Shown: in pieces, positions 24,235 to 36,840 of the stretch | How the letters are laid out: the number at the start of each line of letters is the position of its first letter | Position numbering within the stretch: the first letter of the stretch is position 1 | Assembly (NCBI RefSeq): GCF_001194135.2 | Contig: NC_068983.1 | Location: 166,090,510-166,154,509 of the forward strand | Length of the DNA stretch: 64,000 bases | Direction of reading: 5' to 3' | From: Octopus bimaculoides | Taxonomy: Eukaryota | Notes under the pieces: model-generated | What the model was told of the DNA's origin: nothing | The model's input: the letters and a program-made list of their open reading frames with translations, nothing else | Database searches by the model: none | Translations under genes and position numbers: made by a program

Positions 24235-25048
24235 AATAATAATAACAATAATATAATGACATCATTGTTTTTATTCCGAAATTAAACTAAACCGGGAGTG
24301 AGAAAACATGTATTTGATGAAATAAACATTAAGAATATACAAGAAGGAAACAAAACAAAAAACAAGCAAAAGCTTAACTACAATAACAATATAAAAAAAA
24401 CAATAAGACTTTCTAAAGCCATAAAATGTAAACAAGATCAAAGTTTTTATAGCGAAAAGAGGAATTTCCTTTGTACACAAGTCTACTTGTTTAACATCTT
24501 TATTGAGAATAACAAGTAATTATTAATCACCCAAATGGTTTTGGGATATTTGCACCTTGGGCAAGTATCTTCTCACATTACTCCAGGTCAGCCATTGCCT
24601 TATGAGTGGATCTGGCAGATGGAAACTGTTAGAAGCTCAGTGTGTGTGTGTGTGTGTGTGTGTGCATCCTCCAACTGCTTCCCAACCAGAGTTGGTTTGT
24701 TTACATCCTTGTAACTTAGCAGTTATCAGAGCAATTAGTGTGAAGTGATCCCCTGTTCATTGATATTGTATTCGACGTTGATTAGTAAAGTGTCAACTGA
24801 ATGAATTACAGGATTAAATGCTTTCCATCTTAGTTCCAGTTTCAAGTCCAACTGGGATCAACTTTCTATCCTCATGTGCATTAATAAAACAGGTATCAGT
24901 AATACAACATGAAAAATGCTTCAGTGTAATGCTGCGAAGTAGTAGCACAGGGGCACTGAATATGGACAATCAGCAGAGAGGCTGGATGGAGAAAAGAAAA
25001 GTTTGCATGGTTCATTGAATGTGTTATGTGATGAGTGAGTGAGTGAGA

Positions 25049-25105
<57 letters not shown>

Positions 25106-27273
25106 AGAAGGAGGAAAAGGAGGACGATGACAACGTAAGACATATAAACTGGTGAATGCAAGAGAAATAACAACAGCCCAAGTAGGGACATATGTTGTGA
25201 ATGAGTGACAGAGGCTGGTTGAAGAAATGTTATGTGTTATTGAAGTACCTGTGTAAGGGGCAGACTAGAGATGATAGAACACAAGATGTTGGCCTCTACA
25301 GATGTGATGGGGAAATGTCTATATAAAAAGTGCTTTGCTATGTGGTGGACTTGCTTCACCCATGGAAATGTGATTATTACAACACTGAGGAGTAATATAG
25401 GGAAATCAATACAATTGAATATTTTATCAGTCAATAATTTACTTTGATCTCTTTATCATCTGAAATCCTTATATTTAGCATCACATCAATAGCAGAAATT
25501 CAAGATTTATTCTTTTAATGATTTTGGAAAGTGCATTCAAAGAGTTTTACAAAGTAAACAAGAAACTTATATGACATTACATTAAAACATTTCCCAACTA
25601 ATCTCCTTTCCAATTCCACAGAGAATAAGTGAACTCATCATTCTTCATATTTCTAAATAAAATCAAAGAAATATTTCTAAAGTTTTACATTAACTTGCCA
25701 TCTTAAGATACCAACTAATTCCTCAAATATTCATAGAATTTAATTGATCTAAAACTGACATTCTAAGTGAACACTAAAAAAAGAAACCAATACATGAAAT
25801 ATTAACAAAACCAAAAAGTCAACTAGCTTTTACCAGTAATGCCGCCTATCTAATAATACATTATCATCAACATTAATTCCATGTTCTTTTCTCCATATTG
25901 GCATCGGCTGGATGAGTCTCAAAGAAAACGTTTCTCTCAGAGGTTTAATCTTACTTTATCTTCTCTGTCAGGTTTGATGTTCTTAGGCCTGACCTAATTA
26001 CTTCCCATACTCTCCTTCAGTTCCTTCCAGTACCAAAAATATACCAAAGAAGACTTCACACATCATGAATCAGTAAATTATTTTTGTGATGCCCCACTTT
26101 TGAGTTTGTAACATTTTCCCCAGGATCCATAATGTATATTATACCATATCTTACATTTAAAAACACTCCCACACCATCCTCCCCAAACTGTTTCAATTAC
26201 TGACAATGTTTATGTCAGCAAAAATAAACAATCATGACACAAAAGACTGACTAAAAGCCATCAAGTGCTCAATGGTCCACAAATAGAGAAGCTTTTTTTA
26301 AAAAATTTTAGGAAAACTACAAAACCCACAGAGAACACCCCAGAGGACCCCAGGGAACCATTTGAGGACCACTGCTTGTCTATTGTTGACTCTTGCTCTA
26401 AGTCATGTTAACCGCCAAATTCCCTCAAATCACACTCATCTTGCGAAGGGAGAAAGACAAAAGATATACAATGACCATGAGAAAGAAAAGATGAACATAG
26501 GTCTGCCCAATAAGAGGTAAACTGAGGCTAAACAACAACAACTTCCCAATGTTTATATTTTGGATACATTATTTCCCATTTATAAAGCTTTATTAGGGTA
26601 ACTGTCATTTTATTAAAGTTTCTTTCCAGTTGATAATTTTATTACATTACATATTATCCTGATATATAATCTCCTAGCATGGCTGTGTGGTTAAGAAGTT
26701 TGCTAAAGGACCACAGAGTTAGGGGGTTCAATCCCACTGTGTGGATGTTGTCAGCCAACATCCTACACTACAGCTGCAGGTTGTTGAACAGTTCCTGAAA
26801 GAATCCTATTGTATGTGTGCCTGTGCATGCATGAATGAGTTTGTAGTTCCTCTCATCTTCCTATGTGTTTCTGTTTGTAAAGAAAAGCATCACTATTCAT
26901 AGATGCTGTGTTGTTTGCTGGTCATCTACCATGAAAGCATGCCTGGGCTTCTTGACCAGTTGTGCACATTTTAACAGTGTCATTTGTTTCCAGTTCTCCA
27001 TGTTTATTGTTCAATAGACTGAGGGATCATTACCTTGCTTGGACACAGGTGAGGGCTGCTGCCATGAAGGGCCAACCGTCACCTTGTTTGACTCATGCAA
27101 GCAGGGAAAGGTAGATATTAAAACAATGTCTCATGTACTGGATGTGATAAGAATAGCCCTCAAGTCATCAGTTAGCTCCTAGTTAAGACTATTCTGAGTT
27201 TAGACTTGTGAAAGAAATTACTTAAGTCATGGCAACATAAAAGTGGTTGCACAGACTTGTTTGACCCACATTT

Positions 27274-27326
<53 letters not shown>

Positions 27327-27535
27327 GAGAGAAGTTAATTATATTGTGACAATTTGAAGCAATTAAACATTTACTTTTATTGGGGTAGTTTTATGATCTT
27401 CCATATGGTATGGGTATATTTTAAAATATCTCATTTTTATTTTATATGTGAGAACATTATTTGCTTATTTTGATAAGATTATTCTTCCAAATATTTTTAT
27501 TTTAAATTAATTAGTCATAGGCTGCAGGGTCACAC

Positions 27536-27610
27536 CCACGATCTTTGCGGATCTCTTCAGACTGGAGAGACTGATGATGCCAGTGATTGGTTTGAACTTT
27601 TGACGTCGGC
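27536..27610 (-). CDS. Candidate 75-nt symmetric phase-1 exon
   Basis: TCTGTAG|GC acceptor and a weak G|GTGTGA donor. Encodes (S)RRQKFKPITGIISLSSLKRSAKIV(D) and joins the 38770 and 17716 exons in frame. CpG-retaining island in AT-rich intron. Confidence 0.45.
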
Positions 27611-27799
27611 CTACAGAATTCCAAATTCAACACCAGCTGTAGCAATTCTCACCAATCTGTAAAAAACATGAGTGTTACCCCTCACTCCATGACTAACCGG
27701 TGATGAAGATTTCTTTTATTTTCATAATAATGTGCTTTTCATCAACCACAAGGAGTGAGAAAAATGATCAAGGATGATACTAGACAATACAGTAAGGGA

Positions 27800-28180
27800 T
27801 TAGTGCTATGTCTTTTCATCCGCCGTCACTTTGTCAAACGTCTTTGCGTCCATGTCTTTTTGTCCAATGATTTTTTTGTCCAATTTTAAATAAACTCTTT
27901 AGAAAACAAGGTGAAATATCTCAAATGATATATTCACAGAACTATAATGAGCCTCGTTATAGGATTGTTATTATTGTTCTTTTTTCTTGGAGGAGCACAT
28001 TTGAATATTTGGAAATGAATCAAAACCCTGAAGAAAGGGGAAGGGTTTGTTCAAGATAGAATGACAGAAATTCTTTGAAGAGATCCATCAGATTCATGTA
28101 CATGATATCAAAGAATAACTGAACACCTCAAAATATTGGTCATATAGCATTTTTGTATCTATGGAGTTTATCTTGAATCA
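27800..28180 (+). mobile_element. Possible MULE transposon remnant
   Basis: HLNIWK*IKTLKK resembles the MULE C-terminal HPxIWxFIxxLKxE motif. Repeated TTTTGTCCAA motifs at the edge. Confidence 0.25.
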
Positions 28181-28374
28181 TCACAAGAGGAGAAAGTTTG
28201 AGGGGAGGTATTTCATTTTATCAAGCTCAACGAGATGAAAGGTAAAGTTGACCTCAAAATTGTAAAGAGCCGAAAGAAATGCCACAACATTTTTTCTGAC
28301 ATTCTATAGATTTTGCCAGCACACAACAACAACAACAACAACAACAATGATGATGATGAGGATGATGGTAATGA

Positions 28375-28712
28375 TGATTTCAAATTTTAGCATAAGGCTA
28401 GCAAGTTCAGGGATGGGGGTAAGTCGATTACATCAACCGCAAAGTCAGCAGCAGCTAAACATTTTCCCCAGCATGCTAACAATTCTGCCAGTTTGTCTCC
28501 TTAACAATAATAAGAGTTTCAAATTTTGACACAAGGCCAGCAATTTCAGTGGGAGGAGGTTAGTCGATTGCAACAACCCCAGTGCTCAACTGGTACATAT
28601 TTCATTGACTCCTGAAAGTATGAAAAGCTAAGTTGACCTCAGAAGAAATGCTGTAATGTTTATCTGAAATGTTTATCTGATGTGTTGACAATTTAGCCAG
28701 GTGTGCCACCTG
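28375..28712 (-). mobile_element. Two adjacent SINE family C fragments
   Basis: Repeated AAATTTT..CAxAAGGCxAGCAA and GTCGATT.CA.CAACC blocks. Confidence 0.65.
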
Positions 28713-29973
28713 AATAACAACATCTTATTAATGCTAAGATGCACCAGTTGGTGCAGTAGAAACTCACATGAAACTGTTACAGAAAAAACTTCTCATGGTA
28801 GTAATAAAACATTTGTAAGATTCTTATCAAAATTATGTTCTCATAAATAATAAAGGATATTTTGAAACATGGCCATACTAGATAGAAACAGTAAAACTGC
28901 CTGAATAAAAAAAATGTAAATGTGAATGTTTTATGGCTGAACATTGTCAGAATATAATCATAATTGTTTGAATATTTTCTTGTCTGTGATAATGAGGCTC
29001 AAACAGGCCCATACAACTGCTTCTTCATGGCCTTTAATCAGTTCTTTCACAAATCATTATCACAACTCAGATGAACAAGGTTCTACAGGTCAGAGTAGTA
29101 GTCAAAGGTGAAGGAAAACTCAAGAAAAATTTAATATGAGTTAAGAATAATCTAATTGTCATTCTTGTATTTTTCATCAAAGACCTATTTCATTTTTATA
29201 TTCCTTATTGTAAATAACAACCACTAAATATTTCACTCTTAACAATTTCAGTTAATTTCCCCCAAGAGATCCAACAACTTCTCTCGTGTTTTTGTGACTT
29301 TTCAATGATATTAGATGTTACTGTGTCTCTTTGTAGTGTCTTTTTTCTTTTCTTTCTTCTTATCCCTTCTAATTCTGTTTTATATTATATAGTTATATAC
29401 AGGTTCGGGACTACTGAGTGCAGACCAAAGCCAAACTATTAGAAAAACATACCCAGCCGGACTAAGTCATCAAACTCAACTGCAAAACCAAAGTCCCAGG
29501 TGGTAGCAGCAACCATCTGGAGGTCTTCTGTCCACAACAGAGGGCAACAAGAGTGATAGCATCAACTGCACCAATGGTAGAGTCCAGTTCTGACCACCAC
29601 CACCACCACCACCACTACCATGAAAGAAGCCCTCATCCTCCACAAGCTCAACACAACACAAGCACACACATGCCTTTTCCATCTATCTCAGACCTCTCCA
29701 ACTCCAAGACTCTCGTCACTTGGTCTTGGACCAAATAGCTGTTGTTGAGGCACAGAGGAGAGAGAGAGAGAAAAAAGGAAGCTGGAAAGTTGTGTGGGGT
29801 AGCAGAAAGCTGGAAAGTTCCATGCGTCAGTAGAAAACCTTTCAATCAGTTACCAGAAACAACAACAAGAGAGTCACCAAAGAAGAAATGGAAGTAAAAA
29901 CTAATACAAAAACAATATCTGTAGGTTGATGAGGAAAAGAGGTAAAGTTTGAAGAGTTTGATCTTCAAACATC

Positions 29974-30106
29974 ATGAGATGGACTAGAGCTGAAGATATC
30001 AGACATCTACATGATGCCAAGGGAAAATTTCCATTCGACATTGGAAAAGACAAGGAATTCCTTCTTGCTGAAAAGACCAAATTACTCATCCTTCTCAAAG
30101 ACCAAT
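29974..30106 (+). CDS. Possible antisense or nested coding exon
   Basis: AACATCATG start, 44 codons MRWTRAEDIRHLHDAKGKFPFDIGKDKEFLLAEKTKLLILLKDQ, then a perfect GTAAGT donor at 30107. No downstream exon found. Confidence 0.25.
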
Positions 30107-31774
30107 GTAAGTAACCACTCTCAATGTTTCTGAACACAATAGCCACAATCATAGTAGGTTATCTTGGAAGCAAGGTGTACACGTTTCTTGGTCAATCTGG
30201 ATTAGATGGTGGAATGAAAGTGTTGGGTCTTGGGGTACAAATGTGTGTGTGTGTAACCTTGTCATGAAATCATGTGATGGTTGTAAATGAGCATCAATGT
30301 TGTACAAGTAATGTTGCTCATTTTCAATCAGAAAATCTGCCTCAACAAGTTCTGTCTTCCCCATGCAAGCATGGAGAGGTGGATGTTAAAAACAACGATG
30401 ACAGACAAGAAAGCAAACCATTGCATCAACCTTGCTAAGTCATAGATGTTTAGGTCAAGGCAAGATTAATCCAGGGGGACAAAGCAGAAGAAGAATTCCA
30501 TAATTAAAAGATTAACAAGATAACAGGTATTCAGCTTTAAGGAACAATATGTTTACCTGGATTTAGAGAAAGAAAGGGATTAACAAATAAAAAAGAAGTG
30601 ACAATCCACACCTCCTCCTCCTCCTTTAAATGATGTTAGGGCGAGCATTACTGAAAAAATGAAGGTTGCAAGTGACAAGTGATTTTCTCTGCTAAAATAG
30701 ACTGGAGTGATAGTGTGTGCGTTGAGCATTAATGTGTATAGAGAGAGGACGGACTGTGTGAGTGTATGTATAAAATGTGTGTGTGCATACATACCTACAC
30801 ACACTGGTGTATATATGTTATCCAACCTAGAGTAGCATGAACATGGATATTAAATGATGATTATGATATATGTGTGTGCATGCATACACAATAAATTTGC
30901 TCACACTGATGTGATTAACATGAATAACTTTACAAAATATCTGACAAAAAAAAAAACCCCTGCAAATGGAAAGATTCACTGAAGTTGCTGAATGTTGATG
31001 TCTACTTTTATGCATATATTTCCTTTATTTCACTTGATCATGGATGTGCATATGCGGGTGCACACACACACACACAACAGAGAAGCTTCAATGAAACAAA
31101 ATGCAGAAATCATGTTAAATATGTGGTAATCATGTATGAAACGCATTAAAGTAATTTAGTAGAAAATATTACATTTTTCAGTAGTAACACCCAAACATAA
31201 CCCTAACATTATTCCTATTTATATTAATTAGTTAGTGTGATGAATAATTAAGTGTTTGTGAGTGGAAGGTGGAGAAGGGCCTAGATAGGTGCAGAGGAGT
31301 TTTTGCACCTGTTGATATTTTTCTCTGGAAAAATTTGTTATGTCTGCAGAAAGTGCTGTATACAAACATCGAGGTCAATCAGTTCCTGGCACTACTTTGG
31401 TAACTAACAGTAGGATGTTATTTAATAAAATATTGCAATGTGTAGAAAGTAGTGTAAAAACTAGGAAACAAACAAAAAAGAATCTTTATAATAGTTAATT
31501 ATCAATCATTTCTTTCTTTAATTTTTTTTTTGCAGTATGCTCTATTTATAAAGAAACAAACTGATTTATCAATCAATGATAATATTGGCTTAAGTCAGTA
31601 GTAGCCTTGAGGTTGCTTTTCACAAGCTTACAACAGAAAATTTGTGATGAATAATTGATGCGTGTGTGTGTGTGTGTGTGTGTGCATGTGTGAGCATTTA
31701 CACGTTCACACTCATTCAGATCAACATAAAAACAATTAGTTACTTCACATTTCACCAGTGAAAGTATGCAACAC

Positions 31775-31819
<45 letters not shown>

Positions 31820-33445
31820 CACTAGTGAAATAGGTTTGGTGGAGCCACTGAAACAAGGCTATTATCAATAGAACATTCATGTAAACCAACAGACCACTCA
31901 CAGGAGACTGCTTTTGGCATTGAGTAGTCATGTTGCTTGGCAGGTAACCAGTAATCAAAACATTGATCTGGGCTCTACACTGATCAAATTAATTAGCACA
32001 AGAGATTTAGACCAAACATTGCAATTTCAACAAGAACGGAAAAGGGTTGTAGTTTGACATGAAACTGTTAATAGATTAATATAATTAAGAGATTGGCTGT
32101 AAGAAGCCACAAGGTAGAATATGCATAATATTTTCAAAGGTGAGGCTCATGGTAGATTTAAAAACTGTAATCTAACCCATGCAGGCATGGAAAAGTAAAC
32201 ATTAAAATGATGATAATGATGTAAACAAAAGTTATATATCAACAAGCTTTTTATTAACTGAAACCAAAATTTCAAAGATTTCCTTTTACATATTCTATCT
32301 TTTAGTTGCTTTACTTTTAAATTGAAACTGAAAGGTTAAATGTGCAGAAACAGAAATCCAGATTTTGACTTGGTTATAGAATCAAAGCCTGGTATGTATA
32401 TGTCTTTCTTTGGATCATCTGACTAAAAGATACACAGATGTATTTATCACATATGCATCTTAAAACTTATATACGAAGTTGAAAACTGCTCTAAAAGATA
32501 ATGTTAAAATTAACAAAATAATCTAAATACAACAGTCGACCAACCAAAACCTTGAAAGTGGATTTGGTAGATGGAAACTGGAAGAGACCTATTGTGTATG
32601 TATGTATAAATGTGTGTGCGTCTCGTTGATTTGAAATTGCAATACTTGTAAAATGAAAATCACCATCACACATGTGGTGACGTTTCTCTCTCCTGTGAAA
32701 ACATATCTGGCCATGGAGAAATATTACCTTACTTGGACAGAGGTGAAGGTTGGTGACACAATGAGCATCCAGCCATAGAATATCTCTTAACCAATTTTGT
32801 CAGACCCATGAGGGTATGGGAAAATGAATATTATGATAATGATGATAAGTAGAAGTTTAAAGAGAACAGAAACGTTATTTGTTGACATGACATCAGCTAT
32901 ACATCTAATCACACGAAATAAGCAACAGTTGTGCAGACTCACAGACACTAGAAATGCAAATGTAGCTGAAGTACACCACTTGTCTCAGTTTAATAATTAC
33001 AAAGATCTATCTCCATGGTTTTGTGGAGCAGCTAATACTTGAGGAAGAGTAGCCACCTGAAATTACAGGTTTTGCAATAATTCAATGAAAACTGAACGAC
33101 AATTCACAGATGACACTAGCATGCAAAAACAGGCGGGAAACTTAAAATGCTTTGATGTACAAAATATACTACAACCCAGTCACAAAAGCAAATAAATATC
33201 ACAAGTTTCTGCATATGAAAATACACCTAATTTCTTGAAATCTCTAACAAATGGTACCAAATCCTAGAAAACCAAAGGCTTCTATTATAACTGGCAATGT
33301 TTTTATAGCATTTCAAGTTACTCTATGCTGATGTATTTTTAAACATCTAAGAAAAATATTTTATTTATGACTATTCCACAGAAAGTGAACACCTAATAAA
33401 CCAAACAATTGATATATATATATATATATATATATCATCATCATC

Positions 33446-33553
33446 ATCATCATCGTTTAACGTCCGCTTTCCATGCTAGCATGGGTTGGACGATTTGACT
33501 GAGGACTGGTGAAACCGGATGGCAACACCAGGCTCCAGTCTAATTTGGCAGAG
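33446..33553 (-). mobile_element. RTE-type 3' tail, young-looking copy
   Basis: (CAT)n-CGTTTAACGTCCGCTTTCCATGCTAGCATGGGTTGGACG with CpGs retained. Truncated by an N gap. Confidence 0.75.
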
Positions 33554-33680
33554 TATATATNNNNNNNNNNNNNNNNNNNNNNNNNNNNNNNNNNNNNNNN
33601 NNNNNNNNNNNNNNNNNNNNNNNNNNNNNNNNNNNNNNNNNNNNNNNNNNNNNNNNNNNNNTATATATATATATATATAT

Positions 33681-33722
<42 letters not shown>

Positions 33723-33896
33723 GTGTGTGTGTGAAATGAGTCACTCTTCTTTAAACCACTACCATGTGGTCTGACGCCAACAGAAGGTTTTTAGAACATA
33801 CATTAGCTAACCATGACACTTGTTCCTACATTGAAATGCAACAATTTTCAATGAAGTTCAAATAAAGCTTATAAGCCTTCAAAGATGACATGTCAT

Positions 33897-34087
33897 TTAC
33901 CCTTTCAGTGTTTAAGTTCAAGCTGGCCAGATCTGGCTTCTCACACTTACTCTAGAATGTCATTCTAAAAATAAGCAATCATATTATCAAAATCTCCAAG
34001 TTACAAGATAATTTACGAATAATTGAAAACAATCTGAATAAAATAAGCGTTACATCTGACTGAGTTATCTGAATGCTAAAGGGTTAA
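33897..34087. mobile_element. piggyBac-like MITE
   Basis: TTAC-CCTTT...AAAGGG-TTAA ends (CCCTT-type TIR, TTAA-type target). Confidence 0.5.
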
Positions 34088-35917
34088 AGATAAAAATGAG
34101 TGACATGGATGAAATTATGAGAAGGCAGTTAAGGTATATGTGACATTGGCTCAACACAGAAACAACTTGCTGAAAGGTTGAATAAATGAGTTGGGGCCTG
34201 TTAAAATATTGGATACGGCAAGTCACCTGAGAGATGAAGAGTTCAATTCAAATGTAAATTTTTTTGCACTTCAAGAAACTTTGTATGGGCAGAAGGAAAG
34301 GAAAAAAATATACACTGGTTTAAAAAAATTGAACCCCCCCCCGAAATTTTTAGATTAATAACAAAGAAATAGTATTTTTTGAAAATAATGATTCCATTAT
34401 ATAATGAAGTTATTAATTTCTCCTTCTGAATACATCCTTTATATGGAGGATGAGATTTATGATAGAATGTGTATTTTGATATGTTTAACTCCAGCTGTAA
34501 TAATTATTATTGTTGTACTTAAACCTGTTTGTAATTACAAACTTCTTTGTTTAGTACAAAGTCTCTTTTGTGAAATCACACAGTATAATTGGTTGATTTA
34601 AAACTATTAAAAGGCTATTTATTGTCAATCAAGAGAAATAGAGGGGAAATAGTCAACACTAGTAAGATTTGTAGAAAAGTGATGCACCAAAACACAGTAA
34701 ATTTTTACCCTCCTTTCTGATCCTTGTTTTCAGATAAATTGCCAATAGATTTCAATCCATTTTGGTAATAAACAAAAACTAGGAAGGGTTTGGTAAAACA
34801 ATGTACAAATTTATTACAAAAGTTGGTGTTTAAAATGTAACAAAAGCTTCTGTGTAAAATTATATTGCAAGGTTTTAATTTCAATATAAGCATTTTTAAA
34901 ACAGGTGGTTTTGGACCAGGAAACAAAATTGGCCTGATGTGAACTCATACCAGAAAAGAGCTCTGACAGGAATTAATACGATTATCATTTTTCAGGTTAT
35001 TAAAGCATCTTCAATGATAATTTTAAAAGAAGTATTTGTCTTGGCTATATCACTTGATTTGATCTTAAATTGCATTATGTATCCTAGATATGTGTACACT
35101 GTGCCAAACTGGACTTAAACAAGGGACTTTTGTTTCTAAACTAACAGCAATCATCCTTCTTGTTCAGCCTTCTACAAGTTTAATCATTTTCATTAGCAGC
35201 TTATATTAGCATTAGAATTTTATTTGGATGATTTCATCTAAATATCTGTTGAGTCAGCAGAGAAAAGGTGAACTTTCATATGTTGAACTATTAAACACAC
35301 AAACAAAGACAAAAATGTAAAAAAAAAAATTTAAAAAAAGTGTTTCAACAGTGTATCCTAGATATACAGCATTGATATTTACTGTTCAATTTTTCTTCTG
35401 TTCAACCAAATATTAAAAATAGTCTTTTCCTGCCAAAGGAAATCAGCCTAAAGAGATTCTCATTTAAATAAACATACCATTTGTTAACTGTTATTATTAT
35501 TATTATTACTATTATTGCATAAATAGTGTCTTTAAACTATGATATTACAGTCATTCACACCATTCATATCACATGATTACTATTATTATTATTGATCATA
35601 CCATTCTAACAGTATTAATGACTAAATGCAATCCTCCATAGTCTACCATTATACATTTATTATATCAATACCATCAGCTGGCTAAATGTTGGATTCTAAT
35701 TCATAGACTTCCTCTACATTGTGTTCTTCAACAACAGACTTCCTGTTACAAATCATATTGCTGCAACCAAATTGCTGCTGGCCAAATCAACAAGTACTGA
35801 TTCCATTAGTAAGACAATGCTTGCTACCTCAGTCTACGTTGATTAAAATAGGTACTACAAGGTGGTGTGGTAGTACATTTCAGTGTTGTAGGAAGTGATA
35901 CAACTTGAGAAGAAATA

Positions 35918-36146
35918 AATGTTTGTCCTCATCTTATTTGTTGTAAATGCAACGTTTCAGCTGATATACCCTCCAGCCTTCATCAGGTGTCTTGGGGAAA
36001 TTTCGAACCTGGTCTCTCATTCCTGAGGTATTTTTCGATGTTGTTGTTGTTATTATTATTATTATTATTGTTCAGGTCACTGCTTGGAATCGAACTCGGA
36101 ATCTTGGGGTTAGTAGACCATGCTCTTAACCACTATATCATATGCC
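35918..36146 (-). mobile_element. tRNA-headed SINE-like element with a 3' hammerhead ribozyme motif
   Basis: Minus strand: A-box-like TGATATAGTGG, B box GAGTTCGATTCC (36097-36086), (AAT/AAC)n spacer, then GACAC-CTGATGA-A-GGCTG..CAGCT-GAAACGTT. Confidence 0.7.
35946..35991 (-). ncRNA. Minimal type-I hammerhead motif with intact CUGAUGA/GAAA core
   Basis: Helix II GGCTGG/TCAGCT and palindromic helix III ACGT. Helix I GACAC/GCATT has two mismatches. Confidence 0.6.
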
Positions 36147-36172
36147 CACAGGCACATGGCATAGTGGTTAAG

Positions 36173-36562
36173 GAATGGCTGTGTGGTAAGTAGCTTGCTG
36201 ACCAATCACATGGTTCTGGGTTCATTCCCACTGTGTGGCACTTTGGGCATGTGTCTTCTACTAGAGGCTCGGGCCGACCAAAGCCTTGTGAGTAGATTTG
36301 GTAGATGGAAACTGAAAGAAGCCCGTCGTATATATGTATATATATATATATATATGTGTGTGTGTCTGTGTTTGTCCCCCCACCATCGCTTGACAACCGA
36401 TGGTGGTGTGTTTACATCCTTGTAACCTAGCAGTTCGGCAAAAGATAACCAATAGAATAAGTACTAGGCTTACAAAGAATAAGTCCTGGTGTTGATTTGC
36501 TCGACTAAAGGCGGTGCTCCAGCATGGCCGCAGGCAAATGACTGAAACAAGTAAAAGAGTAA
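36173..36562 (+). mobile_element. tRNA-derived SINE family B, near full length
   Basis: TGGCTGTGTGGTAAG (A-box-like), GGGTTCATTCCC (B-box-like), internal (TA)n(TG)n and 3' GACTGAAACAAGTAAAAGAG. Many diverged copies in the window. Confidence 0.8.
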
Positions 36563-36619
36563 GAAAGTACTGTACATAATTCCTGATCTCTTAAATATAG
36601 AACTGTATTATCTGATATT

Positions 36620-36840
36620 TTCACCCTTTTTTTTTTACCACATTTCAGATGAAATTTACTACTTAATTGCAATAATTTTGAAATTCATGAAGAATTTGGT
36701 AAAATAATTTTGTCATTAAAAAGGTGTTTGGAACATAAATCAACATGAAATTTTGATGGGAAATTTTAATTTAGATCAGGAAGTTTCTATTATAGCATTA
36801 GGAGAGGTGGTCTCAAGTGGATTGGTACCAAAAGAGTTAA
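36620..36840. mobile_element. piggyBac-like MITE, second family
   Basis: TTCACCCTTTT...AAAAGAGTTAA ends. Interior shared with 38391-38619, about 63300-63461 and (reverse) about 12400-12530. Confidence 0.6.

Noticed and set aside
31890-31955. Phase-1 symmetric exon candidate QCFDYWLPAKQHDYSMPKAVS with a GTGAGT donor
   Set aside because: Acceptor lacks a pyrimidine tract and there is no other support.
34140-34200. STQKQLAERLN mariner-like peptide
   Set aside because: Too short, and no TIR pair or further motifs were found.
36062-36146. tRNA gene
   Set aside because: A/B boxes are present but the cloverleaf is degraded and it is fused to repeat body. All tRNA-like sequences here are SINE heads.
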